Origin: Candidatus Woesearchaeota archaeon
Lineage (GTDB): Archaea; Nanobdellota; Nanobdellia; Woesearchaeales; ARS49
Direction of reading: 5' to 3'
Length of the DNA stretch: 33,688 nucleotides
Assembly: GCA_018303245.1 (NCBI GenBank)
Contig: JAGVYM010000010.1
Span: forward strand, 1 to 33,688
In this document: piece by piece, positions 14,001-20,675 of the stretch
Layout: every line of letters begins with the position of its first letter
How positions within the stretch are numbered: the first letter of the stretch is position 1
Notes under the pieces: generated by a model
The model's input: the letters and a program-made list of their open reading frames with translations, nothing else
Databases searched by the model: none
Told to the model about the DNA's origin: nothing
Made by a program: the position numbers and the translations under genes

Positions 14001-16558
14001 TTGACAGTTCTACAAATATGACAAACAGTAGTGTTCAGAATAACACCTTGCTTAACTTTAGCGGGACAGGACTCGCGCAAGGGAATCATTCCTGGAACGT
14101 TGCGTGTACTGACCTTTCCGCAAACACCAATGCGAGCGAGACGCGTATATTTGTTGTTGACTCGACAAGTCCTGAGTTCAACTCGCTCTCGCTCAATCCC
14201 AACAGCTCTGCAGGGCTTGACCCGGGAGCGGCGGTTGTCTTTACCGCAAATGTGAGTGATAATTATACCTCAGTGGATACAGTAGTTCTGCATATTTTGC
14301 GAAATGGCAACGCTGTGCAGAACACAACCATGACGTTGAATGCGAGCACGGGTTTGTTTAACGCGACGGTCAATGTGACGGAAAGCGCAGCGTATGGCGC
14401 GTTCATTGTCGCAAATGATTCGTTCGGGAATCAGGGGACTTCGACGGCGGTGAACTTTACAGTTGAGCTTGATAACAATTGGATTCAGCCGTCCTCTCTT
14501 GGCGCGTTTGTCGCAACCCCTGGTCAGAATATAAGTTTGGGGACGCTGGTCATCAACAACAGTGGTGACTATCGCAGGTCGTTTAACATAAGTTCTACAT
14601 TGAATGGAACTGCATTCAACGAGTCTGCTTTTACCATCAACGGCGGTCAGTTAAGGTACATTCAGGTCAACGTCAGCGTTCCATTAAGTTCGGGAGTCTT
14701 GCTCAATAACCTTACCATCAACTCCTCTGCCGGAACAAGTAACATATTTGTAGATGTGAATGGGAGCGATTTCAGCCAGACTAATGTGAGCTTTATCATA
14801 GTCACAGTCGATGACGCGTTCCTGTTCACCAATTTCACGACCATTCCTGTTTCAGTCACGCAGGGACAGTCTAGTGTCGCAATCCAAGCGCAGGTGAAGA
14901 ATATTGGGACCAGAAACGCAAGTAATGTTACTTTGAATATCACGCTTCCTTCGGAGTGGACAGTGCAGGGAGGAAGTACGAGCGCGAGTTTTAGTGTGCT
15001 TGAGCCAAATGACACTGAAATTTTGAACGTGCTTGTTGCAATCCCAACGACTGCTGCGACCGGGTATAAGAGTGTGTTCGCGAGCGTGGATGGAGTTAAC
15101 AATTCAGGCACGGTGCTTTCTTCGCAGAATTTGACGTTGAACGCGACTGGGCAAGTGCTTGTCGAATCAGCGCAAGGGGTCTTCGGGAAGCAGGGTTCAG
15201 GGGGTTCTAGTGGGTCGGGTAGTTCAGGAAGTGGAGCGGGAGGTGCTGGCTCAAGTGGTCCAGGTGGTGTGGCTCCAGGAACTTTTGGAAAGTCCACGGA
15301 ACACGCGGTCCTGGTCACCAATGAAACTATTGAAGTTGTGCGTGGCTCGCGGATTGTGTTTCCGCTGCTTGTCACAAATGTTTACAACAATTCGTTGATG
15401 AAGAAAGTTTCTCTTGATGTTGAGGGAGCGCTTGCAAGGTATGTGCAGTGGAATCCTCAAGTGCTTGAGACTATATTGTTTGGGCGAAGCAAGGTGTTTG
15501 AGGTTGAAGTTGCCGCTCCGCTCTACGCGAACCGTTCAGAGATTAACATCACGTTCGCAATTACTTCAGAGCTGGAATCTGAAGGTATAGTGTACAAAGC
15601 AGGGGTTCCTTTCGCAGAGACGTTTAAGAAAAGCGTGATTGAGTACAAGACGATTCGTGTGGTTATTCGTGAGGTGAGTCCCGCCCAGGCCAAGGAACAG
15701 TTTGTTGGGGTTGAGGGTTTGTACGAGCAGGTTGTTGCGAAGAAATATCCAACTGCCAAGGCCGATATTTTGCTTGAGCTTCTTCGGAACGCGATGTACG
15801 CGCAGAATTATGAGGACGCAGTCTATATTGCTGGAAAGCTCAAGATTTTGCTTGAGAAAGAGCTTGAGGCGGGAGCCGCGATTGAAGCGCTTAAAGAGCG
15901 CATCGCGCAGGCAAAGGATGACGGGCTCGATGTCCGGGAAACAGAAGAAATCCTTGCGTTGGCGGCGAAAGCGTTTGAGGTTGAGGATTTTGAGAAGGCG
16001 CTTGCTCGGGCTGACGAGGCGGTTGCGATTCAGTTCATTGAACTCAAAGGCGCGTTCAACATAGTGCGTTTGGTGGAAAAATATTGGTGGATGATTGTTC
16101 TTATTGCAGGAGCGGCAAGTACGGGAACCTATGTTGGCTGGAGGAAGATATATGTGAAGTACATTGCTTATCGCTTGGAACTCCTTGAGAGCGAGCAGGT
16201 GAGTGTCCAAAAGACGGTGAAGGAAGTTCAGGAGCAATACTTTGTGAAAAAGGAGCTTGGCTCTGATGCGTTTTATGATGCGATGGAAAAGCTCGTTAAA
16301 AAGACAGAGAGTGTTCGCGGTGCGGTGCTTCGTTTGCGGTTGCGCCGTGCGCACATGTTGGGCGCGCGAAAGGCGCTTGAAGTGGAGCTTAAGGAGCGCG
16401 CAAGTTTGCAAGAAGAACTACGAAAGCTTCAGGAAGATTATTTTGTCAAAGGAAAGCTTTCGGGGAAAAGGTATGGTGTGCAGAGTGAGAGTCTGCGTTT
16501 GCTTACGGTTGAGGTCGACGCACGCATTGCGGTGTTGCGCAAGAGGTTGAAAAAATGA
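8033..16558 (+). CDS. giant (2841 aa) membrane-anchored, heavily sequon-decorated surface protein
   Basis: Uninterrupted 8.5-kb ORF. N-terminal signal peptide MKRALLLLVLLAVCAAAV. P/E/V linker. WNG-repeat region. Parallel beta-helix turns. Five DUF11-like repeats and Ig-like segments. G/S linker (15187-15285). TM helix YWWMIVLIAGAASTGTYVGW (16081-16140). About 140-aa cytoplasmic coiled coil. Confidence 0.9.
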   Translation: MKRALLLLVLLAVCAAAVNVTENVVVNVNVSPSNVFVEEQTSSYLPSAGANESVSVIERVHVIEVVESPMIKREITPVQNNTKINETENITELAREMDDEVNLSAWIENGTEVLPELVPEVAPEPVIPSVEVPSVETPTSFGPVQEQDSELVRVPEVIAPVILPSQINETHNVTGRINFKALVRDAKGNVLDAQIVVKDRLGAVVAEELIGARTVAQELTVPTGPVDVEIEFAQGPITRVTLDEANLSESQGFVRVDDVPEPIGWVSVYAIDPSQVIFEQGKLHAVAQGNALYKCKDWDFDARVCDGNWTLVQALVPGQPYVVEISSSDPAFGEIIATEAIHLDENGTVLENIYPAISAIDNVWSSLIPANHSVRVTFEKNLTNGNVIDFIGQSNGTFVDIQIYRAGTSEFVGRTGPMDLQEWRFVELSNLSSSSDTFDLRIVGLLPPVCSPDDDCLISQELPFMEFEYIHDEAATANGTAGVAVYSESGTVSPRYRNWNMTTQQWAGETTALANTGEASWVVLRSSHEFDSQFFSGVIGTDTNVSLQVGQGFNSSGGVNWTIRYNLSADVPNTGLRSLDIGVEDVSGNAVVVFETSASGDTGVALSVWNGTTLDAEQTFNISSSGGVQWIRAVSRSSTNEVMILTLNSLNDLYATLWNGSSFVNATGFTITTDTGVTTDEVFDFVWESNGNGLVVYRENSSTSIQYRTFNGGTRSWSAAGNFFTLDGGSPTEFKLCADPTSNYVGFISSDSTDDVNAVIWNGTAVETSPAAPSEIAAVEPNTAPARNVGCVWSVDGRNATFVFVDANAPTDDLISFARYNKTSWSVSSLASPERSETVTGGPSIERLEAYINPFTSEIQVLTLDAGGNDDLHSALWNRTSWVVSSGGNYFLETTVSCGGGTTQCADFVWNAFDPAPNLTLSVPQGASFNQSDIINITVNASDNYQVDKVNITIYAPNGTLLQYNLTLVQGNSTSGLYALNFTNTTFTLGRYNFSVEANDTSTHDNSNFTSGFFTIANVTSCPAVLLANTTLAQNISATGSCLSFGENNIMLDCNGFAIRYDSSGTGAASGITASDKVNVTIKNCVLIDSSLVGGESVALNLTRTNQSSLTNLTVQTNGTNDNYALFMLHSFENTLVNLTLRSNGSAGNNTVVYLINSSRNNFTQLTASANGSANNTGILVQAAHGNSFVNVALNTSGTSSYGVEIRSSENNTFQNISLRTVQWINASVSAATNFTNTAFVTGTGSLLYPGVVTMTGTHDITSTKVALTSNRTFVNSTNLSFLNVSAQVALFSINFTSPAMLYDQNDNGSFIDCTSPRCVNVSFASNVFTFNVSSFTTYAATASLQNVTFSISDMPDPVSRGGQLNYTIIVNNTGTETAFNVTVNSTYASSVVFDSSSPSAAGNITFSLGNISAGSVFMINITVNVSLSSWNGTLLNHSANVTFTNASGQATLQATSQLTLVRGTPGISTSMTDSPSPVMVGSTLRYNITVNNSGDDTAFNVSVLESYPSGVVFNNSFPSPSSGNETFTIGTLAPNQSTTINITVNVSSGVANGTTLNNSYMVTFGNASGMNSSVTNSTLTTAQATFVANVSANMSDSPDPVVRGAQLNYTITINNTGSDGVYNVSAVESYPAGVVFHSSSPSSSSGNGTFILGNLTAGTGTTVNITVNVTASNATSLNNTAAINFSNVAGLTTTISASTLTLVRGFPSMTASVNDTPDFVLVNKSVLYQVLLNNSGDDTAFNSTLVLTYPTGTIFNASAPVPVLGNTNFTVGNFSPNQTLLVNLTLNVTSAVENGTSLNLSGVLSFGNASGSNTSVVASVLTTVRGFPFIVVTHSDSPDPVFRGATLVYTVNVTNAGYDIAYNTTLVESYPSNTTFLNASPAPSIGNSTFNLGNLSINSSAVVVILLNTTTGIANATQLNNSVNVSFVNGSSESSEVNVSVLTTVIAGSAPSVVSSGPLNRTNLTISTQVFSANVTDDSSANFTCLLAIDSSTNMTNSSVQNNTLLNFSGTGLAQGNHSWNVACTDLSANTNASETRIFVVDSTSPEFNSLSLNPNSSAGLDPGAAVVFTANVSDNYTSVDTVVLHILRNGNAVQNTTMTLNASTGLFNATVNVTESAAYGAFIVANDSFGNQGTSTAVNFTVELDNNWIQPSSLGAFVATPGQNISLGTLVINNSGDYRRSFNISSTLNGTAFNESAFTINGGQLRYIQVNVSVPLSSGVLLNNLTINSSAGTSNIFVDVNGSDFSQTNVSFIIVTVDDAFLFTNFTTIPVSVTQGQSSVAIQAQVKNIGTRNASNVTLNITLPSEWTVQGGSTSASFSVLEPNDTEILNVLVAIPTTAATGYKSVFASVDGVNNSGTVLSSQNLTLNATGQVLVESAQGVFGKQGSGGSSGSGSSGSGAGGAGSSGPGGVAPGTFGKSTEHAVLVTNETIEVVRGSRIVFPLLVTNVYNNSLMKKVSLDVEGALARYVQWNPQVLETILFGRSKVFEVEVAAPLYANRSEINITFAITSELESEGIVYKAGVPFAETFKKSVIEYKTIRVVIREVSPAQAKEQFVGVEGLYEQVVAKKYPTAKADILLELLRNAMYAQNYEDAVYIAGKLKILLEKELEAGAAIEALKERIAQAKDDGLDVRETEEILALAAKAFEVEDFEKALARADEAVAIQFIELKGAFNIVRLVEKYWWMIVLIAGAASTGTYVGWRKIYVKYIAYRLELLESEQVSVQKTVKEVQEQYFVKKELGSDAFYDAMEKLVKKTESVRGAVLRLRLRRAHMLGARKALEVELKERASLQEELRKLQEDYFVKGKLSGKRYGVQSESLRLLTVEVDARIAVLRKRLKK
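9527..10672 (+). repeat. coding repeats with [WFY]-N-x-[TSG] motif, beta-propeller-like
   Basis: The motif aromatic lies at aa 499, 609, 658, 710, 761, 820 and 877 (WNMT, WNGT, WNGS, FNGG, WNGT, YNKT, WNRT). Spacings are 110, 49, 52, 51, 59 and 57 aa. Confidence 0.5.
11190..11700 (+). repeat. right-handed parallel beta-helix (PbH1/NosD-like) coding turns
   Basis: Five successive 25-27-aa units: NQSSLTNLTVQTNG.., FENTLVNLTLRSNG.., SRNNFTQLTASANG.., HGNSFVNVALNTSG.., ENNTFQNISLRT. They are preceded by VNVTIKNCVLIDSS. Confidence 0.6.
12070..13875 (+). repeat. five tandem DUF11-like (conserved repeat domain) coding repeats
   Basis: The anchor codon CCT of the (D/T)xPD/S motif lies at 12098, 12458, 12827, 13184 and 13547, giving spacings of 120, 123, 119 and 121 aa. 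Consensus: SDSPDPVxRGxxLxYTIxVNNTGxDxAFNVxVxESYPxGVxFxxSxPxPSxGNxTFxLGNLxxxxxxxxNITVNV. Confidence 0.8.
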
Positions 16559-17472
16559 AGGTCGTGTTACTCATTTTGTTGCTTTCCACACTGGTTGTCG
16601 CTGCGTCTTCAGAGGATGCCCGAGAGGCGTATTTGAACGCGACGGTGCACGTCGAGCAGATGAAACGGGCAGGTTTTCCGCACGGTTTGATGGATGGCTT
16701 GCTTCAGGATATGGAAATCGCGCTCAAAGGTAAGAATGCGTCAAAACTACTCCAGACTGCTTTGATTCTCAACCAGACAGAAGAGGGAATACTGAGAGCG
16801 CAGGAATATTTTGCAGAGCTTGAGTCTGCCCGTTTGCAGGGTTTGCAGCCTGGCCAGAATTTCTCAATGGTCATCCACTATGCGCAACTGATTGCGTACA
16901 AGCGCGAGCAAGCTTTTGAGGCTCGTGATGAACTTAAGAGAGTGGAGGAGATTATCGCAGGAGCAGAGAATATCAATCTGTCGCGGGTGAATGAACTGTT
17001 GCAGGAGGCGCAGGATTCATTTGCGAGTGAGAAGTACGAGCTGATTCCTGGCTTGGTGAACCAGACTGAGGTCGCGTTGGAAGACGCAAAAGTTGCCGCT
17101 GCGCGTAACCGTGCTCTTGCCCGCCTTGCCCGTCGTAATCTGTTGAGTTTTGTCGAGGATAATTGGTTGAGCGTGCTTGTTGTGTTGTTGATTTTTTCCG
17201 TGCTTGGCCTCTGGGGATTTGTGGAGGGCAGGGTTTTTTATGCCGCGAAAAAGGTGCGAGTGCTGGAAAGCGAGCTTGCCGCCGCGCATGAGGGGCTGTT
17301 GCAGGCGCAGAAAGAGTATTACTCTGGAGAAAGTGGAAGGTCGACCTATGGAGCGCGGACCGAAAAGGTGCATGAGAAACAGCGAGCAATTAGCAGCCAG
17401 CTCCACGCCTGGCGTGAACTGCATGCCAAATACTTGAAGACGGCCGTTATCGCGCGATTCAGGCCAAAGTGA
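16555..17472 (+). CDS. signal-peptide plus C-terminal-TM anchored helical protein, partner of the giant protein
   Basis: ATGA start/stop overlap with the giant gene, with GAGGT 8 nt upstream. Signal peptide MKVVLLILLLSTLVVAASS. TM helix WLSVLVVLLIFSVLGLWGFV. The cytoplasmic tail carries the same Q-E-x-Y-[FY] motif as the giant protein. Confidence 0.75.
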   Translation: MKVVLLILLLSTLVVAASSEDAREAYLNATVHVEQMKRAGFPHGLMDGLLQDMEIALKGKNASKLLQTALILNQTEEGILRAQEYFAELESARLQGLQPGQNFSMVIHYAQLIAYKREQAFEARDELKRVEEIIAGAENINLSRVNELLQEAQDSFASEKYELIPGLVNQTEVALEDAKVAAARNRALARLARRNLLSFVEDNWLSVLVVLLIFSVLGLWGFVEGRVFYAAKKVRVLESELAAAHEGLLQAQKEYYSGESGRSTYGARTEKVHEKQRAISSQLHAWRELHAKYLKTAVIARFRPK

Positions 17473-18334
17473 AGACTTCTTGCTCAGGGTAGACGACGAT
17501 TCCTTGTCCCGTCTTGATTTGGAAAGGAACGATTTTTTTCTTGAAGCCGCTTCCGCGCATCTTGAGGATTTCAAACGCGCTTTCACGCACGTTTCCCTGT
17601 CGCAGGTTGTAGAAGATGAATACTCCGTCCGCGAGGAATTCTTCTGAGCCTGAACTGCTGAGCTTAACTCCAGGATCGTTCGATTCGGAGATAAGGAATG
17701 TCGTTGCCCCTATTTCCTTGAAAATGTTGAATAGTTGTTCGATATAGATTCGGTAGGATTCTTCTTTGCCGTATAGTGCCGAGGCGACTGCGGAGAGCGA
17801 GTCGATGGCGACGCGGTCGGGCTTGTAATCGGAAGGGATAACCATTGGGCGGATGTCGATGAGAAGTTCTCCTTTGATGCGTTCCATCATGGCGTCTATT
17901 TGGCGAGTGATGTCCATGGGTGTGAATTTGCGTATCATGAAGTGTCCACTTTTTTCAAGGGGGGCTATGTCCCAGCCAAAATCTTTCATGTGTTTGCGCA
18001 ATGTTTCCGGTGTTTCTTCAAGGGTTATGTAGAAGACGCGTTCTCCCGCTTTCGCGGCGTGATAGAGTGTTTGGAGACAGAAGATGGTTTTTCCGCTTCC
18101 TGGTCCCCCGATGGTGAGGATAGAACTTCCGCGGGGGATTCCGTTCATGAAAAGTTCATCAAGTCCCACCACTCCTGTTCCAACATACTCTTGTCCGCTG
18201 ATGGGAATCTTGCGGTGAGGTTGGGCTTCTTGGAGTTTTTGTTGGATATGTTCTTTTATTTTTGCCGCGTCAATGAGTGGCCTGTGGATTTCAGTAGGGG
18301 ATGTTGTTTGAGCGGGAACCTCTTTTTTTGGCAT
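17459..18334 (-). CDS. single-domain KaiC-like (RecA-superfamily) ATPase
   Basis: GLDELFMNGIPRGSSILTIGGPGSGKT (Walker A), YITLEE (catalytic Glu pair), RVAIDSLS (Walker B), FLADGVFIF. The 3' end overlaps the convergent gene by 14 nt. Confidence 0.9.
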   Translation of the reverse strand: MPKKEVPAQTTSPTEIHRPLIDAAKIKEHIQQKLQEAQPHRKIPISGQEYVGTGVVGLDELFMNGIPRGSSILTIGGPGSGKTIFCLQTLYHAAKAGERVFYITLEETPETLRKHMKDFGWDIAPLEKSGHFMIRKFTPMDITRQIDAMMERIKGELLIDIRPMVIPSDYKPDRVAIDSLSAVASALYGKEESYRIYIEQLFNIFKEIGATTFLISESNDPGVKLSSSGSEEFLADGVFIFYNLRQGNVRESAFEILKMRGSGFKKKIVPFQIKTGQGIVVYPEQEVFTLA

Positions 18335-18357
18335 ATTATGTAATGGATGGTTTGTTG

Positions 18358-18423
18358 TTTAAAAAGTTAACTTTGAGTTTGCTGGTAAGTTGTTCCTCAC
18401 AAAGAGTGATAAATGTATATAAA
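18358..18423. promoter_or_regulatory. divergent promoter region (two TATA boxes)
   Basis: The minus-strand TTTTTAAA (18358-18365) lies 23 nt from KaiC-like ATG 18334. The plus-strand TATATAAA (18416-18423) lies 22 nt from ATG 18446. Confidence 0.45.
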
Positions 18424-18445
18424 CATGGTTGGCGGAAAGGGTCAC

Positions 18446-19216
18446 ATGCGTGCATCAGGATGGCTGGTCAGTGTCGGCGTGGTTGTTTTTGTGGTTCAGG
18501 CAATCGTGGTGCTCACCCAGCAGCAGAATGCGTTCCTGGCAGGGGATGGGTTGTCGGTCGTGCTTGCTCTTGCCGCTGCGCTAGGCTGTCTTGTAGTCTG
18601 GAAAAAGCTGCAGCACGCATTTTACTTGGAAAAAAAAGGCTGGCTTTTGACCAGTCTTGCGTTCTTCTTGTTTGCGTTTGGTGACGGAATTTGGGCGTAT
18701 TATGAATTTTTTCATCTTTCACAGCTTCCTGTATTTCTTGTCCCGCAGATTTTTTGGACGCTGGCGTACGTGTTTTGGATTTTTGGCCTCAAACAGTTTT
18801 TGGAGACGAGGTTCTTTCCTTCCCGTGCTCCTGTGATAGGCGTAATGGCTGCTTCCCTTGGACTCGCGGTTCTGCACGCGTACAAACCATTCCTGCAGTT
18901 GATACATGACGGTCGTTTGCTGATTTTTCTGAACAGTTTGTATGTGTCATATGATTACATCTTGCTTGGCCTCGTGGTGCTTATTATCGCTCCGTTTATT
19001 GTGCACCACACGCGCCTTTTAACAACCTGGGTGTTGCTGAGCCTTGCGATTGTGGCGAGGATTTTGTTTGATTTCATTTTGGTGAACTCGCACGCGTACT
19101 GGTCTGGCCACCCCGCGATATTACTGTATAGCGGGGCTTATGTACTGTGTCTGCTTGCCGCCCATGCAAAGCTTGGAATTTTCCAAGACGTGGTGAGGAA
19201 ATGGTTGTATCATTGA
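18446..19216 (+). CDS. polytopic membrane protein (about 7 TM)
   Basis: The track ORF starts at ATG 18413. I prefer ATG 18446 because a TATA box sits at 18416-18423, which would give a leaderless transcript. The sequence is hydrophobic throughout. The stop overlaps the next gene by 16 nt. Confidence 0.65.
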   Translation: MRASGWLVSVGVVVFVVQAIVVLTQQQNAFLAGDGLSVVLALAAALGCLVVWKKLQHAFYLEKKGWLLTSLAFFLFAFGDGIWAYYEFFHLSQLPVFLVPQIFWTLAYVFWIFGLKQFLETRFFPSRAPVIGVMAASLGLAVLHAYKPFLQLIHDGRLLIFLNSLYVSYDYILLGLVVLIIAPFIVHHTRLLTTWVLLSLAIVARILFDFILVNSHAYWSGHPAILLYSGAYVLCLLAAHAKLGIFQDVVRKWLYH

Positions 19217-19680
19217 TTATCACGCGCGGTGAGAAGACGACCGATGCGTTTTTGACGCAGCTGCAAAAGGTGAGCGGCGAGATCGGGATTTGTGTCCTAC
19301 TGATGCGAAAGTATGATGAAATGGTGCGTCTTCTTGCAAAAAAGAACATCAAGAGCGATGGTTTTTTGTTTGTGGATGGTTGTTCCTCTCCTGACGAAAC
19401 AAACATGATTCACACGTCGCTTGATAACCTTACGTTGATGAGCATCACAATAAATGAGGCAATCCAGGCCTTGCCTAAGGAACGGCGTTTTGTCGCGTTT
19501 GATGCGTTCGGTACGCTTGCGCTCTATAACGCCCCGCGTGTCGTGGCGAAGTTCGCGTTTTTCCTCAACCAGCAGGTGCGCGAGCTGGGTATGGATTGTG
19601 TCTGGATTGTCGCGCGTGAAGGTCTTGACCCAGAGTTGCTCGCGACTCTCAAGCAGTGTGCGGACGTGATTGAGGGATGA
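19201..19680 (+). CDS. P-loop-less KaiC-like domain protein (DUF835-like), copy 1
   Basis: Start at ATG 19201, preceded by GGTGAGGA. GICVLLMRKYDEMVRLL.., RRFVAFDAFGTL (Walker-B-like), GMDCVWIVAREG and CADVIEG align block-for-block with the KaiC-like genes of this window. No GxxGxGKT is present. Confidence 0.65.
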   Translation: MVVSLIITRGEKTTDAFLTQLQKVSGEIGICVLLMRKYDEMVRLLAKKNIKSDGFLFVDGCSSPDETNMIHTSLDNLTLMSITINEAIQALPKERRFVAFDAFGTLALYNAPRVVAKFAFFLNQQVRELGMDCVWIVAREGLDPELLATLKQCADVIEG

Positions 19681-19689
19681 CGCACTACA

Positions 19690-19697
19690 TTTATATA
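19690..19697 (+). promoter_or_regulatory. TATA box for 19733..20095
   Basis: TTTATATA lies 35 nt upstream of ATG 19733. AAGGAGGA at 19722-19729 is RBS-like. Confidence 0.45.
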
Positions 19698-19732
19698 GTT
19701 CACTCCCGAGAGAGAGTGCAAAAGGAGGATGT

Positions 19733-20095
19733 ATGCCCGAGTTGATTTATGTTCTCACTGACGCACTTGTTGTCCTTGGACTGGCAATCGCGCTCGTGTT
19801 GTATTACATCCAGCGCAAAAGGCTTTCTCCGGGACTGCTCAGGGAGATTTTTAACTGGCTTGCCGGATGCCTGTTCTTTCTTGTGTTGTTCATGGTGATT
19901 GCCAATGCGTCAGAGCTTGGTCGTTTGACACATCCGTTGATGACTGATGTGTTGCATGCTCTTGCGTTGCTTGTCGCCTTGTGCGCGCTTCGTTCTGCCT
20001 TGCTGTTTGTCCAGTTTGCGCATAAGTATGGTTTTCATCAAAAACTCTTCCAGTTTGTCCGCGTCCGTCATCACTCTATCAGGAATCAGAGGTAG
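19733..20095 (+). CDS. small polytopic membrane protein (3-4 TM)
   Basis: Internal ATG 19733 is chosen because of the TATA box plus RBS; the track starts the ORF at 19670. Hydrophobic segments include LVVLGLAIALVLYYI, LAGCLFFLVLFMVIA and LHALALLVALCAL. Confidence 0.6.
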   Translation: MPELIYVLTDALVVLGLAIALVLYYIQRKRLSPGLLREIFNWLAGCLFFLVLFMVIANASELGRLTHPLMTDVLHALALLVALCALRSALLFVQFAHKYGFHQKLFQFVRVRHHSIRNQR

Positions 20096-20097
20096 GC

Positions 20098-20583
20098 ATG
20101 CCGGTAAAGGTTCGACTGACGCGAAGCGGGAAAATCTTTGAAGTGTTTATTTCGACATTGCAGAAATACAAGGAAGCGATAGGAATTTGCGTGCTCGTCA
20201 CACGGCCATACCAGACGTTTGTCCGGACCATGCAGGATAAAGGGCTTGATGTTCAGAAGATGTTTGTGCTTGACCTCTGTGGTTACGCGGATGCTTCGAA
20301 TGTGGTGTGTGTTGCTCCTGCTGATTTGACCTTGCTTAATCTTGCGGTTGAAGACATCGTCGCTGAGCTTCCGCCTCAACGAAAATTTTTGGTGTTTGAA
20401 TCGTTCAGCAGGCTTACAGTCTACAATCCGCCAAAGCTTGTGGCAAAGTTTGCCATTGCGTTTTTCAAGCACCTGCGTGCCCTGGACGTCGAGTGTTCTA
20501 TCATCGTCGCTCAAGATGGTCTTGATGCCGAGCTCTTGGCAGCGTTGAAACAAGCGGCTGATGTCATTGAGTATGTTGAGTGA
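20098..20583 (+). CDS. P-loop-less KaiC-like domain protein (DUF835-like), copy 2
   Basis: Starts 2 nt after the upstream stop, with GAGGT as RBS. ICVLVTRPYQTFVRTMQDKGLDV, KFLVFESFSRL, VECSIIVAQDG and AADVIEYV are paralogous to 19201..19680 and align with KaiC-like core blocks. No Walker A. Confidence 0.7.
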   Translation: MPVKVRLTRSGKIFEVFISTLQKYKEAIGICVLVTRPYQTFVRTMQDKGLDVQKMFVLDLCGYADASNVVCVAPADLTLLNLAVEDIVAELPPQRKFLVFESFSRLTVYNPPKLVAKFAIAFFKHLRALDVECSIIVAQDGLDAELLAALKQAADVIEYVE

Positions 20584-20675
20584 GCAAATTATTTTGTGTT
20601 AAACTTTTGTTTGTCTAGTTCAAGTCTCCACTCTTGTGGGGAGGAGGGAGGAGTCTGAAAACTAGCTCAGAATAC

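Noticed and set aside
8266-16411. Many minus-strand and alternative-frame ORFs inside the giant gene (for example 9682..10101, 10601..11044, 11654..12070, 12859..13206, 14662..15375, 15566..16411, 15702..16064).
   Set aside because: All are fully nested in the uninterrupted 8.5-kb ORF. Their translations are low-complexity or compositionally odd. The strong Asn/Thr/Ser/Val codon bias and internal repeats of the sense frame explain the open antisense frames.
16973-17586. Minus-strand ORFs 16973..17389 and 17017..17586.
   Set aside because: They are antisense shadows of the 16555..17472 gene and the KaiC-like 3' end. Their translations are Arg/Ser/Pro-rich and implausible.
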